Shown here piece by piece: positions 62,470 through 64,000 of a stretch of 64,000 nucleotides of DNA. Position numbers and translations under genes: made by a program. Every line of letters begins with the position of its first letter. The stretch's first letter is position 1. The DNA is taken from the NCBI RefSeq assembly GCF_000143415.4, contig NW_003314282.1, positions 221,700 to 285,699 on the forward strand. Direction: 5' to 3'. The notes beneath the pieces are model-generated. The model was not told the origin of the DNA, did no database searches, and saw nothing but the letters and a program-made list of their open reading frames with translations. The DNA is from Selaginella moellendorffii (lineage: Eukaryota > Plantae > Lycopodiophyta).

Positions 62470-62928
62470 CTTGACTGCACCCCCCTGTGTCCAAACATTC
62501 CTACCTTGAGTGAGGAGTGGAGCTCGAGAACGCCCTCAACTTGCTTAGAAGTTGTTCTGCTGGACACTGCTTGACAAGTGTGGCTCCGCCCCAACACTGA
62601 GTTCTTACTGTCTTCAAATTAGCTTGAAAGAAGAAAGCCCGACGGACACTGCTCTCTCACGGCAGTAGGACAACTGATCCGTCTTTGAACAATTCCACGG
62701 CTGATCGCAACATTCACTTATCGTTAGCTCCTTGCATTCCCTCAGCTGGGGCAACCCCACCAATATCTGCTTGGCCACATTGTGTCCTCCTGTCTGGGAT
62801 CCGTCGCTTTTCAGCGTCAGGCACTCAAAGTGTGTCTTGTCCAGAGCTTTAGCCGTTCGAAATCAAGACGAGCCGTAGAGCTCCAGGCTCTGCCTACGTC
62901 CAAGCTAACGAGCTCTTTGCAATAACCA
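62470..62928 (-). pseudogene. Inverted, internally deleted copy of the 3' half of the F-box gene
   Basis: Reverse complement matches about 55750-56275 (gagctcgttagcttggacgtaggca, agagcctggagctctac, acactttgagtgcct, gccacacttgtcaagcagtgtccagca, tgtttggacacaggggtgca). Confidence 0.85.
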
Positions 62929-63013
62929 TTGACTCCCATACGCGCGGCTATGGGTGGAGGAACGGGCCTCAATATGTTCCCACAATCCTCCCGAGCTCAA
63001 AGGCGATAAAAAT

Positions 63014-63086
63014 TGGAGATGCCGGGTATCGATCCCGGTGCCTCTCGCATGCTAAGCGAGCGCTCTACCAGCTGAGCTACATCCCC
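63014..63086 (-). tRNA. trnA-AGC: tRNA-Ala(AGC), intact 73 nt
   Basis: GGGGATGTAGCTCAGCTGGTAGAGCGCTCGCTTAGCATGCGAGAGGCACCGGGATCGATACCCGGCATCTCCA; full cloverleaf, G3:U70, T-rich run downstream. Confidence 0.96.
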
Positions 63087-64000
63087 TTAACGGAAAGAAA
63101 AACTGTGGCTTTTGATGGATCATAAAGTAATTATTAATAAACAAATTAGTAATTAATATTTAAGAAATCAAGCACTCAGAAAATAAATTTTCAACAAAGT
63201 AGATTGTGAAAGTTGAAAAAATCAACAGATTTGATCAACTCGGAGAAGTAAGTCTCTGTTTCTGGTTTTCTGGTCTCTGAGGCCACCTGAACTTGAAGCT
63301 TTTTGATACAAAATTTGTAAATGGAACTTTTTGTTAGAGAGAAACAAAAGGATTATTACTAAATCAAAGCTACCTTTGTTGAAGGCCTTTCAAAGATTGT
63401 AAGGATTTTTTTAGATTTTAAGATTCGCTGAAAACCGCTGGTCTGATTTTCCCTTGTTTGGTCCTGAAAAATCTAGTACGCTAAATGCCCAGACCGGGAG
63501 AATCTATCGAATCTTGACGAGATGCCCTAAGAGCGGGTTCACTTTTTATTTTTCACTTGTTCAGCTGCGAACAACGATCATGCTAGCGTATGTGCTATGT
63601 GCCAAGGAGTGAATGAATTAAGTCCTACATTCTTAAATGGTCAGCTACTTAGGTAAGCAACTATACCATAGTCATCCTCAAAAACAAACACTTCTTTCTC
63701 TTGCAACCGATAACCAGATGCCCGCAACGCCTTCCTAGTCTCGGGCACCTGAAGTATCTGAAACGTGTGATTGATACAGGGGAAAATGCTACAGGGGAAA
63801 GCTGGAGCAGAGTACTCTATTCGTTTTCGATCCTTGCATACTCCAGACCAAGTTTTCGATCCTTGCAAAACTCCATAAGCCATGCTCGCTGTCGTCCTCG
63901 CTCTCGGGGTATTCCTCATCAAGCGGAGGCCTGAAACTATCTAATCAGTATGGAATCAGAGTGAGCTTGTTCATCACTCACGGGATTTCAGCACTCACGC

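Noticed and set aside
63641-63934. Short ORFs at the right edge
   Set aside because: No recognisable domain. Possibly the 3' end of a gene outside the window.

Overview
Gene-dense land-plant nuclear DNA. Tiny 45-120 nt introns, very short intergenic spacers and intronless PLS-class PPR genes point to the lycophyte Selaginella (inference). Left arm (1-29.6 kb): PPR-SMR (5'-truncated), two PLS-E PPR genes flanking a decayed Crinkler-like NTPase-REase relic, a divergent 4-RRM PTB3/hnRNP L-like gene with an apparent mitochondrial presequence exon, a full-size ABCB transporter, PEX13, a TBC RabGAP, a DUF3475/DUF668 (PSI-like) gene and a TH2-like TenA-HAD fusion whose TenA half looks catalytically dead. 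Middle (29.7-45.4 kb): AT-rich repeat island with two 100-N gaps. It contains an intronless signal-peptide + bulb-lectin reading frame broken by one TGA, a decayed MULE-like transposase interrupted by a complete TRIM, a 5S-rRNA-bearing LTR-like segment, a decayed LINE, and three copies of a conserved stem-loop motif. Right arm: URB1/Npa1, an F-box/LRR gene, a subtilase with a 1-nt frameshift, two tRNA-Ala(AGC) genes and several deletion-shredded partial copies of neighbouring genes. All family assignments come from motif recognition by eye; no searches were run.
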